A stretch of DNA of 64,000 bases, from positions 1-64,000 of the IMG/VR virus record IMGVR_UViG_3300027816_000069, one strand, 5' to 3'. The notes below the pieces were generated by a model. It did no database searches. It saw only the letters and a list, made by a program, of their open reading frames with translations, and was not told the DNA's origin. The position numbers were made by a program, and so were the translations under genes. This DNA is from a virus. Shown here in pieces: positions 1 to 10,700 of the stretch. The stretch's first letter is position 1. Each line of letters starts with the position of its first letter.

Positions 1-3000
1 CTGGCACACCAAGCGAGCATGATGGCGATGCTGAAGGCGCTACGGATGGAGACGCTGAAGGTACTACGGATGGAGATACCGAAGGAGATGCGCATATTGA
101 TGAGGAACCTATTGAACCTATAAATGTACCATATCCTGTGGCCCCCTTGCTTTTCCAATCAGCATAATTTTCAAACTTAGCAAAGGATGGACCAAATTTA
201 CCAGCATTATCATTAATCTTAATTAGCCAATTTTCGGCATTATCTATTAAAAATTGTTGAGTAATGCTTTGTGTGGCCTTATCACCATTTTTATCTATAG
301 CTTCCCCATCACAATCAATTCTCACACCATAAAGATGATAATTATAATATTTATCGCCATACCCAGCATATGACCCCCACGTATTATTTCCATAATATGA
401 TTCTGGCTGATTACAAAATTTAATAGCTCTGAATCTAACCACATCTCCTTTGGATGGTGATGATGATACCGCTTGTAATACAATATATCTATTATCATCA
501 TAATAAACATAAACTTTAGAGCATGCTGGTATACTCTCACCAATAAAATCATACACAGTAATTTCAGTACGATCCATGCTCAAATTAACATTTTCACCAC
601 CAGGTCCTGAGATAAAATATTTATGATAAAATTTAATGCCATTAGATTCTGGATTTAATAGTTGAGCTGTTGCACTACCATTGGGACACAAATGCGTTTT
701 AAGTCTAGCCACAACAATTTTATTGGGAGATGGACAGGTCCAAACGCCACGCTCTCTATCAAAACGTAAATCAATAGGACCAACCGGCCATGTTCTAGGA
801 TTTTCTAACCAATTATATAAAAACTTATCTGTTAACTTATCTTGACGAAACTGCCCATACAATGCATTGTGTTCGTTATCATTACTATTAGGAATAGGCT
901 TACCAGATGTATCATATCCCCACCCCTGCAATACAAGTGGACCTCTTAATGCTGGCACTCTAAAGTTTGTCTGTGCTTGTCTTAGATCCTCATCGCTATC
1001 TGTATCGCTATTAATTGTTGGTCCAGTAGTATTGTGTGAAATTTGATAGTCATCGAATTTAGATCCAAAAACTATACTAGAAATAACAAATCCAGCATCA
1101 CTACCATTTTTACGACCATCCCATGCATTTATGATAGCTTTAGTAGTATAAGGATTTAAATAGTATTGATGAATAGGCAATAAATAAGCACCAACAGAAT
1201 TATCAGTAGCATCTAACAGTCGAAATGGTGGCATTTCGTCTCTAGTTTTGGTGGGTATAGGTGAACCAGGATTTCCAGCATCCAAAGCTCTATGTGTTTC
1301 AAAGTCATCAAATGATCCATCGATCTTAGGTACCACTGAGAATCTTGGTAGGCGAGCTTTATTTGTCCAGAGTGGGTTGGTTTCAGATTTGGTAGCGTCG
1401 TCGGTAGCTCCGCGTAACGAAACTGGCATATAAAATCCATCCATGCTCATGCCAGCCATTTGAGAATATAATTCTTGCATATGCTCAAATGCATATGCCT
1501 TATCAGATTCTGACCACACATATGATCTTAATCCACTAGCAGATGGTATTGGGAGATCATTACTAGATGGGAATGGTAGTGGACTAGATAAGCACGATAC
1601 GTCAGGTAAAAATCCACTAGCAGATGGATATGGATCTGGTAAAGTATCAGGTAGCATACCGCTAGGATTTATATAGTAACCAGATAATATAATTTTATTA
1701 GGGGTACTTTTTTTATGTATAGGTTTGGGCGACCAAAATAAACCCTTTTCTATCCGCCGTTTGGTATAGTCTTTTTTAATAGTATCAACCTTGGTCTTTT
1801 CGCTTCTCAAATATGCGCTAACTTCTTGATTTTTTTTCAGATTATCTGACCACTCATCTAATAAATATTTTTCGCTTTTACCTAATCTTGGAGAATATGT
1901 AGAAAAATTATATAAGGTAGTAAATCCACCAGATCCAAATTCTACTGACATATCTGTTAAAAGTGTTGGGCCTCGACCCAATCCAGTAGGATATACTCCT
2001 GTACTATTCACTGAATATCCTAGATTATAGCATGGTAATCCGACTACTGTGGCTCTACCTTTTTCTAATTTTTGTAAGCCTTTCTGTGCTCCTCTAGCTA
2101 TATCTCTACCAAAATTATCCATAGCGCAATATGGGTACGATCCTGGTAATCCAGTAGTGTTAGAGGGTATAAAATTCCACGGCACAATATCCTGATTGAT
2201 AACCACCTCAACACCACCACCATCATCCGGATTAGTCACATAATAATATGGACCATATCTATATACATTACTCTTAAAAGGAATCGCAGCGCCTTCAGGC
2301 ATCAAACACGGAGGGAAAGCTGACATCAAATTAAATTGTGTAGTATTGCCTTTTGCTCCGATTAGAGGATTACCGATCTTGTCCTTTGTTTGCTCCAAAT
2401 TATTTTGTATAGCAATTTTAAATTTATTACTATTTATAAGAGACAATAAAAATAAAAAGAGTTTAGCTCCAACAGTATTATCAATGCTGTCTAGCATTAG
2501 TGGTACTTTTTCTGCTAAAGTAAGCCTAACCCAAGTTCCTTTATTATCAATATAGAATCTATTTTCTATCTCGCTTTTAATAAATAATTTATTATTATTT
2601 GTCTCATCTATATAATAATTACTAATATCTAGCTTACTTAAATCAACTCCCCACTCAGCACAAATTTGAGTAGGTGGACTGGTTGGATCTATACCACTTG
2701 GATTATATGGATACATTTCAAATTTGCGATAAAGCTGTCTATCATTTAATGCGCTACATTGTGGATGTTGTACACCACTAGCAGAAATCATACCCATACT
2801 AACAAACGATTGTATTTTACCACTATTATCTTTTATCCAATCTATAGTTTTTAAACCTAAGATATCTACTGTATTTTTCTTAGGAAATCCACCATCGCTG
2901 GCAATTTCATCACTTACATATAAGCCCTGTGATGAACCATCTCCATCAACATAAAACGGCACAGATAGTCCTAGTCCTGATGGCGCGCTGCCAGATTCAT

Positions 3001-3652
3001 CTCTAATACATATGCCACCAGCAATACCAGATGGGCCAGCCACCTTTACTAAAAATTCACGACCATAATATGTATCATATATATTTTTAATCCAATCATA
3101 GCATATTCTTAATTTTTCTATTTTTAATTGTTGATCTAACTTATCACAATTCTGCTCTTTGGATGGATCAGGAAATATGAGTTTTTGTATCTCTGTATAT
3201 AAAGGCGCTGAATCAAAGCCTTGTAGTGCATGAAAAGTGGTACCAGCCGTGTTTTGTAGTTTTACTAAATCTATACCCACAGACTGCATACACTTTAAAC
3301 CAAAAGTCTGAGCTGATTGGATACCGTCTCTTAAAGTATTATATAAAACCCAGCTCTCAAATGATCCGGTGGATAATAATTCTGTTTCAAATAATGTAAA
3401 ATCATCAAAATCTACAATGCCTGACTTTTTTAAAATTGAGCAAGAGTAGTTTTGTATTTCGAATCCTTTTTTAATAGAATAATCAGTAGCAGGGTCCGTA
3501 TAAAATAATTTATCTAATTTGCCTAGAGGTCCTGATGGTGGTGCGTCATAGCCAAAGAACATACGAATACTACCGCACTCAGGCGACGGTGACGGAATTG
3601 GTACGCATGGCGGTGATGGCGATGGTAGTGGAGAACAAAAACAATCTGACAT
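1..3652 (-). CDS. large tail/virion structural protein (runs off the window edge, >1200 aa)
   Basis: Not in the ORF track. ATG at 3652 gives MSDCFCSPLPSPSPPCVPIPSPSPECGSIRMFFG; the same frame reads SASPSVAPSASPSCSLGVP at the window edge. Lies downstream of the tape measure gene. Interior frame spot-checked only. Confidence 0.7.
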   Translation of the reverse strand, partial: MSDCFCSPLPSPSPPCVPIPSPSPECGSIRMFFGYDAPPSGPLGKLDKLFYTDPATDYSIKKGFEIQNYSCSILKKSGIVDFDDFTLFETELLSTGSFESWVLYNTLRDGIQSAQTFGLKCMQSVGIDLVKLQNTAGTTFHALQGFDSAPLYTEIQKLIFPDPSKEQNCDKLDQQLKIEKLRICYDWIKNIYDTYYGREFLVKVAGPSGIAGGICIRDESGSAPSGLGLSVPFYVDGDGSSQGLYVSDEIASDGGFPKKNTVDILGLKTIDWIKDNSGKIQSFVSMGMISASGVQHPQCSALNDRQLYRKFEMYPYNPSGIDPTSPPTQICAEWGVDLSKLDISNYYIDETNNNKLFIKSEIENRFYIDNKGTWVRLTLAEKVPLMLDSIDNTVGAKLFLFLLSLINSNKFKIAIQNNLEQTKDKIGNPLIGAKGNTTQFNLMSAFPPCLMPEGAAIPFKSNVYRYGPYYYVTNPDDGGGVEVVINQDIVPWNFIPSNTTGLPGSYPYCAMDNFGRDIARGAQKGLQKLEKGRATVVGLPCYNLGYSVNSTGVYPTGLGRGPTLLTDMSVEFGSGGFTTLYNFSTYSPRLGKSEKYLLDEWSDNLKKNQEVSAYLRSEKTKVDTIKKDYTKRRIEKGLFWSPKPIHKKSTPNKIILSGYYINPSGMLPDTLPDPYPSASGFLPDVSCLSSPLPFPSSNDLPIPSASGLRSYVWSESDKAYAFEHMQELYSQMAGMSMDGFYMPVSLRGATDDATKSETNPLWTNKARLPRFSVVPKIDGSFDDFETHRALDAGNPGSPIPTKTRDEMPPFRLLDATDNSVGAYLLPIHQYYLNPYTTKAIINAWDGRKNGSDAGFVISSIVFGSKFDDYQISHNTTGPTINSDTDSDEDLRQAQTNFRVPALRGPLVLQGWGYDTSGKPIPNSNDNEHNALYGQFRQDKLTDKFLYNWLENPRTWPVGPIDLRFDRERGVWTCPSPNKIVVARLKTHLCPNGSATAQLLNPESNGIKFYHKYFISGPGGENVNLSMDRTEITVYDFIGESIPACSKVYVYYDDNRYIVLQAVSSSPSKGDVVRFRAIKFCNQPESYYGNNTWGSYAGYGDKYYNYHLYGVRIDCDGEAIDKNGDKATQSITQQFLIDNAENWLIKINDNAGKFGPSFAKFENYADWKSKGATGYGTFIGSIGSSSICASPSVSPSVVPSASPSVAPSASPSCSLGVP

Positions 3653-3662
3653 AATTAACCTT

Positions 3663-4838
3663 TTATGGAGTACATGATGGTTCGGGACTACTACTAGCTA
3701 GTATTGGCTCATCCGTATTTCTAGTAACCAATTTAGAAGATGGCGGATTAACAATGGCGCATTTAGCATCATTTAGTTGTGGTGGAACATATGGACATAC
3801 TGAAGCATTAACAACATCAGATATGGTAGTAATATATTGATAATTACCGCCAAATACCAATCTCTTATTTTTCTCAAATGTCATCTCTTCGCCATATTCT
3901 TTACTAATAACATTATTTTGAATAGATAAATTATTAATTAAATTTAATAGCGGAGTGCCAGATATTGTTTTAGTATAATCTATAGGAATAATATCTAATT
4001 TATTATCTTGTGTAATTTCTACTAAAAAGTCATAGCCGCACTCATCACAAACTAAAGATACCAGATCTAACAAACTCATTTCTGTATTAGTAGTCCTATA
4101 ATTTTCTGGCACTATATTAATAAGTTTTGTTAGTTCTAGAGTTAAACACACTTTTGAAATCGGTATTTTAATTTGTTTCTTGTTTAATTCTTTTAAGGCT
4201 CTTTTAAAGAAAATACCTTTGGTATTGGCACCAGATTTCATAAAATCAGCACACTTATTTGCGCCATCACAATCGTCTACAGACTTTTCTAAAAAGTATA
4301 CAGCATTTAATACATTATGTTCTAATTCTGGTGGTGGTCTATCATAGATTGTATTTAATATAACAACAATATTAGATAAAATACTTCTACCATCTGATAG
4401 TGTTAATCTATATTTATATCCACTACTATCTTCAGAGTAGGTATGATTACTTAATATTCCTCTAAAACAAAACTGTCCCATACTAAATGTATACAAATAA
4501 CCCAATCGACCATCATAACCACTACCAGCAGGACAAGGAGAACAAGATACTCCTGTTGGCGCACACTCATTATTTTGTACAACCAAATCAATATTCACAT
4601 TAGATTCTGAGCCGCCCAATCCTAATTTACCACTAAAACCAGTAACATATCCATTCAAAAACTGTGTTGTAATATTTTGTTGCTTAAAATAATCTACGCA
4701 ATTGCCACTTGGAGGACAAGATAATACAAGATCATATCCACATACTAAGCATCCTGTTGCTGGAGAACATGAGCTGCTAACACAAGGATTTGCAGATGTT
4801 GATGGAAATGGTAAAGTAAAGGTGTTTGTGTTTGGCAT
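3663..4838 (-). CDS. putative tail tip/hub protein, Cys-rich termini
   Basis: 391-aa ORF in tail module downstream of tape measure. Confidence 0.55.
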   Translation of the reverse strand: MPNTNTFTLPFPSTSANPCVSSSCSPATGCLVCGYDLVLSCPPSGNCVDYFKQQNITTQFLNGYVTGFSGKLGLGGSESNVNIDLVVQNNECAPTGVSCSPCPAGSGYDGRLGYLYTFSMGQFCFRGILSNHTYSEDSSGYKYRLTLSDGRSILSNIVVILNTIYDRPPPELEHNVLNAVYFLEKSVDDCDGANKCADFMKSGANTKGIFFKRALKELNKKQIKIPISKVCLTLELTKLINIVPENYRTTNTEMSLLDLVSLVCDECGYDFLVEITQDNKLDIIPIDYTKTISGTPLLNLINNLSIQNNVISKEYGEEMTFEKNKRLVFGGNYQYITTISDVVNASVCPYVPPQLNDAKCAIVNPPSSKLVTRNTDEPILASSSPEPSCTP

Positions 4839-5941
4839 TATAGATTGCCCACGTATGCTGTATTATTGGGATGTGCTTTAACTGTATATATAACACTATT
4901 TTGAATCACTCGATATAATCCTGGAATTACATTATACAGTTGTAGTATGCCGATATCAGACTGAGAATAAAAATTATTGCCATATATTTCTATAGGCAAA
5001 GATGAATCTAAATTAATCATTATATTACTTAGTCCTTTATTTGGTTTAGTCTTATTTAATGGTAATAATAAAGATCCAGTTGCTGATGTCCTGTTGTCTT
5101 GTGAGTGAATATCTATCGTAAAGATATCACTATCTAATATGTTATTATTTACTTTGTATACTTGTAATGGTCCATTCCTATCTATTATTTTAATAGAATA
5201 TGTTCCTGATACCAAATTTTTGATCTCAATAGTATTACTATTAACTAAATAACTCTTATTATTGAGCATTAATTGATATGATATCTCACTATTCGATACA
5301 CCATTTTCTGGTTTGAGTACTAATGATATCGAACCCAATGGAAAATAAGTATTAAATAATGGCCTAATATAAGATTGTGATAAATCAATATCATTCAGTT
5401 TTTGTAGCGTATCTAGATTGTCATTGTGCAAAACTTGGAGGGTTGAGGTTGTGGTATTGGCCACATAATGATTGTATCTATTAAAAATATCATAAATCTT
5501 AATTTTTAAATTATTATTCGATATATTAATTATACCATCACTATATCTAGTAAATATAGATGAATAATCATCTGGTAATATTATACTACCCATAATCAAC
5601 TTGGGACTATGAGCTGAATATAACGAGGTTGACAGTGGCGTTTTAGTGTCGCCTATGAGTATACTATATTTGGTATTATAGGTTCTTTTGATACCATTGA
5701 CTATATAATAGTAATAGTATTCGGTGTCTGCTAAAATAATTTTATCAGTGTCAATACCAATAATCTGCTCAATTATTTGACCAGTAGTTTCATTAATTAT
5801 TTTAACAGAATCTGAAATATTATATAGATTACTAGATAATAATAGAGTATTATAAATATTTAAGCTTGGTATAAATTGTGGTGGATGATTAATACTATAA
5901 TCCTTAGTGGTTGTATATTCCACACTAATCCTATTACTCAT
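4838..5941 (-). CDS. hypothetical virion protein (beta-rich)
   Basis: 367-aa ORF, stop/start coupled to neighbour. Confidence 0.55.
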   Translation of the reverse strand: MSNRISVEYTTTKDYSINHPPQFIPSLNIYNTLLLSSNLYNISDSVKIINETTGQIIEQIIGIDTDKIILADTEYYYYYIVNGIKRTYNTKYSILIGDTKTPLSTSLYSAHSPKLIMGSIILPDDYSSIFTRYSDGIINISNNNLKIKIYDIFNRYNHYVANTTTSTLQVLHNDNLDTLQKLNDIDLSQSYIRPLFNTYFPLGSISLVLKPENGVSNSEISYQLMLNNKSYLVNSNTIEIKNLVSGTYSIKIIDRNGPLQVYKVNNNILDSDIFTIDIHSQDNRTSATGSLLLPLNKTKPNKGLSNIMINLDSSLPIEIYGNNFYSQSDIGILQLYNVIPGLYRVIQNSVIYTVKAHPNNTAYVGNL

Positions 5942-5948
5942 AATTATC

Positions 5949-7724
5949 CTATGAACATGATGGTTTAGTATATGATTGATTTAATTTATATGTATTACTA
6001 CCTATTGTTTCTTGATCATTAGTTTTAAACCAACAACTAAAATCTATACCAGCATCAGTTTTTAATTGTTCAAGAGTTTGGTAAGCACATGCTCTTAATC
6101 CACTGATAGATCCTGATGTCATATCAAAATTACAATTATTTCTATTTTTGCTTACATTAATAGATAAATCATACTTTTCAGCAGAATCACAGCATAAGCT
6201 TTGTATAATAGAACTACCTCTACCTGGGATAATAAATTCAACAATATTGTTATGTGGTTTGTCATGGGTGATTTCGACATCAATTTTAGTAGTGCCAATA
6301 GTATTACAACTAGGCTTATTAGAGAGAGTCCATATTGCATTAATTTCGCCCTGAGATAAATTTCTACTAATTTGTTTACTAATCATTCTCATCTCGCATA
6401 ATAAGCTAGATGGAGGCGCAGATGGAGATGGTGAACTACATACTCCTGTTGATGTACTCAAAGGACAATCATCAATCAAATTAGATTGAGTAAAATATTT
6501 ATTTGCTAATAGTGTTATATATCTATCACTAGTTAAATTTAAAAATGCTTGAGCGTGATCTAGTTTTTGTGTAAAATTACAACCATGGAATGTTGGATTA
6601 CTCATTTTAATAATTTGATCATATTGATTATTAAATAAACCCTGAATATTAGCTGTTAATGTTATAGTATTTCCTTCTGTATCTACATTTTCTTCTACTG
6701 TCATTGTTGTAAATACTCTATCTTCAATAGATCCTGATGGTACTGATATGCCAGAACCGCATCCAGATGGCCTATAAATAACTTCACCAGTTAAATTAAT
6801 ACTATTTTCTAATGGATTAATATCTATACTTCTCAAATCAAGAAATTTATAACCTGTGCGATATGATGCGAAGGTTGGGGTAAGTTCAGTATTTGGTGCA
6901 TCAAATAATCCATCAATATTCATATCGACTAAATTATTAATTCTTTGTCGTATATAATCTTCGGCAGCATTTAAACCAAACTTTAGATGGGTAATAGGAT
7001 TACCAGATCCAACACCGCTACATTCATTTAGCCCTCTAATACCGGCAGCACTAATATTAAAAGATGTTTTAAGATGTTTATTACCCCAATATTTGGGACC
7101 AATCTGTGTGCTTGTTTGAGGATCTATTATTGATAAATTATAGTAATTAAAAGTATCGTCATTAATATTAACTGAAAATTGTTCACTAATGCTATTTAGC
7201 ATAAGGTCTGCTAATTCGTGTACTCTGGGAGAGGACGAGGGAGATATAATATCAGGGGTTGTAACTCTTACGCCACTAGCTAAACTAATATCATTAGTAT
7301 ATAAATCAATCTCAATAGTATAGGGTGCTATATTAACCCATGTGGGCATATTGCCTTGATCAATATTTATGGATGTAATTCTTCCATATCCGCTCACAAT
7401 CTTATCCACGCACTTAATTTCTACAAATACACATTCTCTATATTGACCCAACTGTAAAATATCCTTTAAGCCAGTAACACCACCAGCTCCTGTTGTAACA
7501 ACCTCATTAAAACTACTACCAGTAACTGTACCACTTAAAGTGAGTTTTAGTATACCACCAATAGTAAGATCACCCACCTTATATTTTTCTAAAACAAGAG
7601 AGATAAAAGGCGACGGTATTAATTGTTTACCACCAACTACCACCGAGGCGCCAGCATTAGCCGGACCACCACCATTGAATATGGTTGACACATCACAGGT
7701 AGAGTTATTATTTATTGTTGGCAT
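5949..7724 (-). CDS. putative distal tail/hub protein
   Basis: 591-aa ORF immediately after tape measure gene; positional inference. Confidence 0.55.
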   Translation of the reverse strand: MPTINNNSTCDVSTIFNGGGPANAGASVVVGGKQLIPSPFISLVLEKYKVGDLTIGGILKLTLSGTVTGSSFNEVVTTGAGGVTGLKDILQLGQYRECVFVEIKCVDKIVSGYGRITSINIDQGNMPTWVNIAPYTIEIDLYTNDISLASGVRVTTPDIISPSSSPRVHELADLMLNSISEQFSVNINDDTFNYYNLSIIDPQTSTQIGPKYWGNKHLKTSFNISAAGIRGLNECSGVGSGNPITHLKFGLNAAEDYIRQRINNLVDMNIDGLFDAPNTELTPTFASYRTGYKFLDLRSIDINPLENSINLTGEVIYRPSGCGSGISVPSGSIEDRVFTTMTVEENVDTEGNTITLTANIQGLFNNQYDQIIKMSNPTFHGCNFTQKLDHAQAFLNLTSDRYITLLANKYFTQSNLIDDCPLSTSTGVCSSPSPSAPPSSLLCEMRMISKQISRNLSQGEINAIWTLSNKPSCNTIGTTKIDVEITHDKPHNNIVEFIIPGRGSSIIQSLCCDSAEKYDLSINVSKNRNNCNFDMTSGSISGLRACAYQTLEQLKTDAGIDFSCWFKTNDQETIGSNTYKLNQSYTKPSCS

Positions 7725-7733
7725 CTTACATCC

Positions 7734-10700
7734 TTATGCTAATTTTATTTTATTCATTTCTTCTTTAATATATGGTTTTAATTTATCCACAATAGCTAGT
7801 ATCATTTTATTATCTTTATTAGTGGTATCAGGAGTACTAACTGATAAAGTATCATTAAAAGTAATACCCACACTACCATTATAGGTGTGATTAATGCTAG
7901 CCTGTAGTTCTTTATTAAATTCATTCATAAATCTATCTAATGAAGAGCTCAAAGTATTAGCAGTATTAGAGAATGATATTAAGTTAGTAGATAAATTATT
8001 CATTGGTTCGCTCAATAATTTGGCTGATGTGCTAAATGTGGCCACACCAGTTTCAAATGCTCTAGTATCTAACTGACTACTGGTGTTGAGTGGCGGCGCT
8101 GGTTGAGAAGGTGGAGCGGTTTGTGTTGGATTATTATTAGGTTGTGGCGCTAAATTTTGTGGTAATAACCATGATGGAATCTTGAATGATGGAGTAGCAG
8201 AAAAGCGTTTTTTAGGCAAGAAATCTGGTACTATGGCCTCTTTTCTTTGTTCTAAAATACTATCTATTTGCTTAATAGCTGCTTTTATAGCTGTAAGAGC
8301 TTGGCCCTTGGGATCAGATCCTCGTCCTCCCCCAACAATAGAACCTAATTTTGTGATATCTGAAGCTGTCTGTTCAAGAATTCGTTTTTGTTCAAGTAAG
8401 TCTCTGGATGCTCCCAAATTCTTACTAATTGAACTTACTTTTTCTTGACCTAAAGCCTTTCCCAAAGGACCATATCTACCTGCGCTTGCAAACATACCAC
8501 TTTCTTGAAATGGACCTAATATTCTATCCAAAAATTTTGTATAGTCTAATTGACCGGTAGTTGATAACCTACTGGTGGGCTGTGCTATCTTTTGATTTAA
8601 ATTAGTAAGACTAGTTAATTTAGCAATTATATCTGGTAATAATCTACCAAGCTCTTGATTAAACTTATCTAATATATTAATGCTCTCTGTAGTTGTTACG
8701 TCCATACTTTGTGCTAATCTCTGTTCAATATCTTGTCCAGCAGCGGCTCTTTGTGCTTGAGCATTAGCCAAAGCAGATCTTGGATTTTTATCTGGAAACA
8801 AAGCTCCTAATAATGATTTGGCAGTACCTTGTAGTATTGATGGTATATATTTTTCTACCATTAATTCTTGTGTACTGATGCCTCTCATCCCAGCCTCAAG
8901 AAAAGCGTTTATTTCATTTAATGATTGAGGATCTAATATAGATTCTAAGCCATCAGTGATGCCAGTCCTAAACAATTTATTAAAGAGTTGAGGATCTATT
9001 TCAAATGATTCTAGTGTTGGAACCACTTGTTGTAAAAATAAATTGCGTTCACTAATATTCCTAAAACTACCTCTAGTTGCCGCTTCTATTGATTCTAAAA
9101 TATTTTGTAATTCTAGTGCGCCCTCTGGTGTGCTGCTTTTAACTATCAGATCAGCTAATATTTGTCTACGATTTCTAAATTGATTTTGAGCTTCTGCTAT
9201 TTTATCCAATGCATTTTTAGTTTTATCAGAACTACTAGCAATCTTTGCTAGTGCCTCATTTAATCTCTTTACTATAGTAATTTCATTTGTAAGTGCTATA
9301 TTTAATTTTGTTTTGTTAGCTTGATCGAGCGCAGTATTTTTAGAAGCTTTCTCTAGTTCTGTTACATTATTTTGTCTAGCTTGTAATTCAGCCCTTATAG
9401 TTGCTACATCAGAGGTTCCAGATAGTAATGGTCTGGTTAAACTATCTCGTAAATTTTGTGGTAATAATTGGGTATCAATCTTGGGTTGTGGCAAATCAGA
9501 AAAATCTGTTAATCTTCTAATACTAAGATCAAATACATCATTGAGTTCACCCAATGTAACATTTAGTCCCATTGCTCTTTTTAATTCTATAGCTTCTTGT
9601 GCTTCGTTTTGTAGTCTATTGGTTTGACTTTCTATTAATCTTTGATTGAGTTCTATATATTTTTTAGTTTGTTCTGCTAATTTATCTTGTACTTTAGCAG
9701 ATGCTTCTATAACAGTTTTGAAGGCTTCTTGAGCTTTCTCAGAAGATTTTAGCATCGTACTAAATGCTGATCCTTCTGATGTTAATTGATCTAGAATTTC
9801 GGCTATATTTTTATCTGGATTATCAGTTAAAGATGATAATTGCTGAGTGATTTGTCCAATAATTTGTGCACTTAGTTCTTCTGCATTTGGACCACCAATA
9901 GCTTTGGTCAGAGGTCCTTTAAATCTATCTTTTATTATTTGATCTAGTCCTCCTGTAGTAGTTCTAAGACTAGGATTGTCTCGTATATCTCTTAGTATTA
10001 GAGGAAGCTCTTGTTGTATCAATCTGCCAGATTCTATCTGGGCCTGCATTTCCTGTAGTTGTTCGGCAGATTTAGTATTTGGTGCAATATTTAAAAGACC
10101 ACCTACTGTTTGAGTAATATTTTGAATATCAATAGCGCTGGCACCCTTCAAATTATCTAATACATCAATTTGTCTTCTTAAGAATTCTCCGCCAACAGGT
10201 TGTGGTTCACCAGTTAATAAAGCTATCTTTCTATCTAAATCATCAAAACTATTAATAGCTGTTTGTGCCGAACGATTAAGATTAGTAGCAAATCTTATTA
10301 AGACATTATCTAGCGTAACAAAACTACTTTTAAGTTGACTGTTAATTACTAATGCTTGTTTAGCTATAAATATTTCTTTATTTTTAACGCCAACATACTC
10401 TATTGTTGCAAAAATTTCTGCGTCTGTGGCTTTGGCAAATGCTTTTTCTGCGGACTCCCTATCCGACCCTTGTCCCATTTTCATTTGAATAAATTGCGCT
10501 TTAATAAATTCTCGCCTAGCTGCTTCAACAGTAGCATCAAATACTTTTTGACTTTCTGGTGATAATTTTGCTCTGGCTTGAGCTGAGGTCTCTTCAACTC
10601 CAATACCTAATGCTTGTGCGCCTAATCTTTCTTGTAATAATTTTCTAAATTCAAGATTTAATTCATTTACGCCTCCCATAATATTTTTGGTACTACCCAA

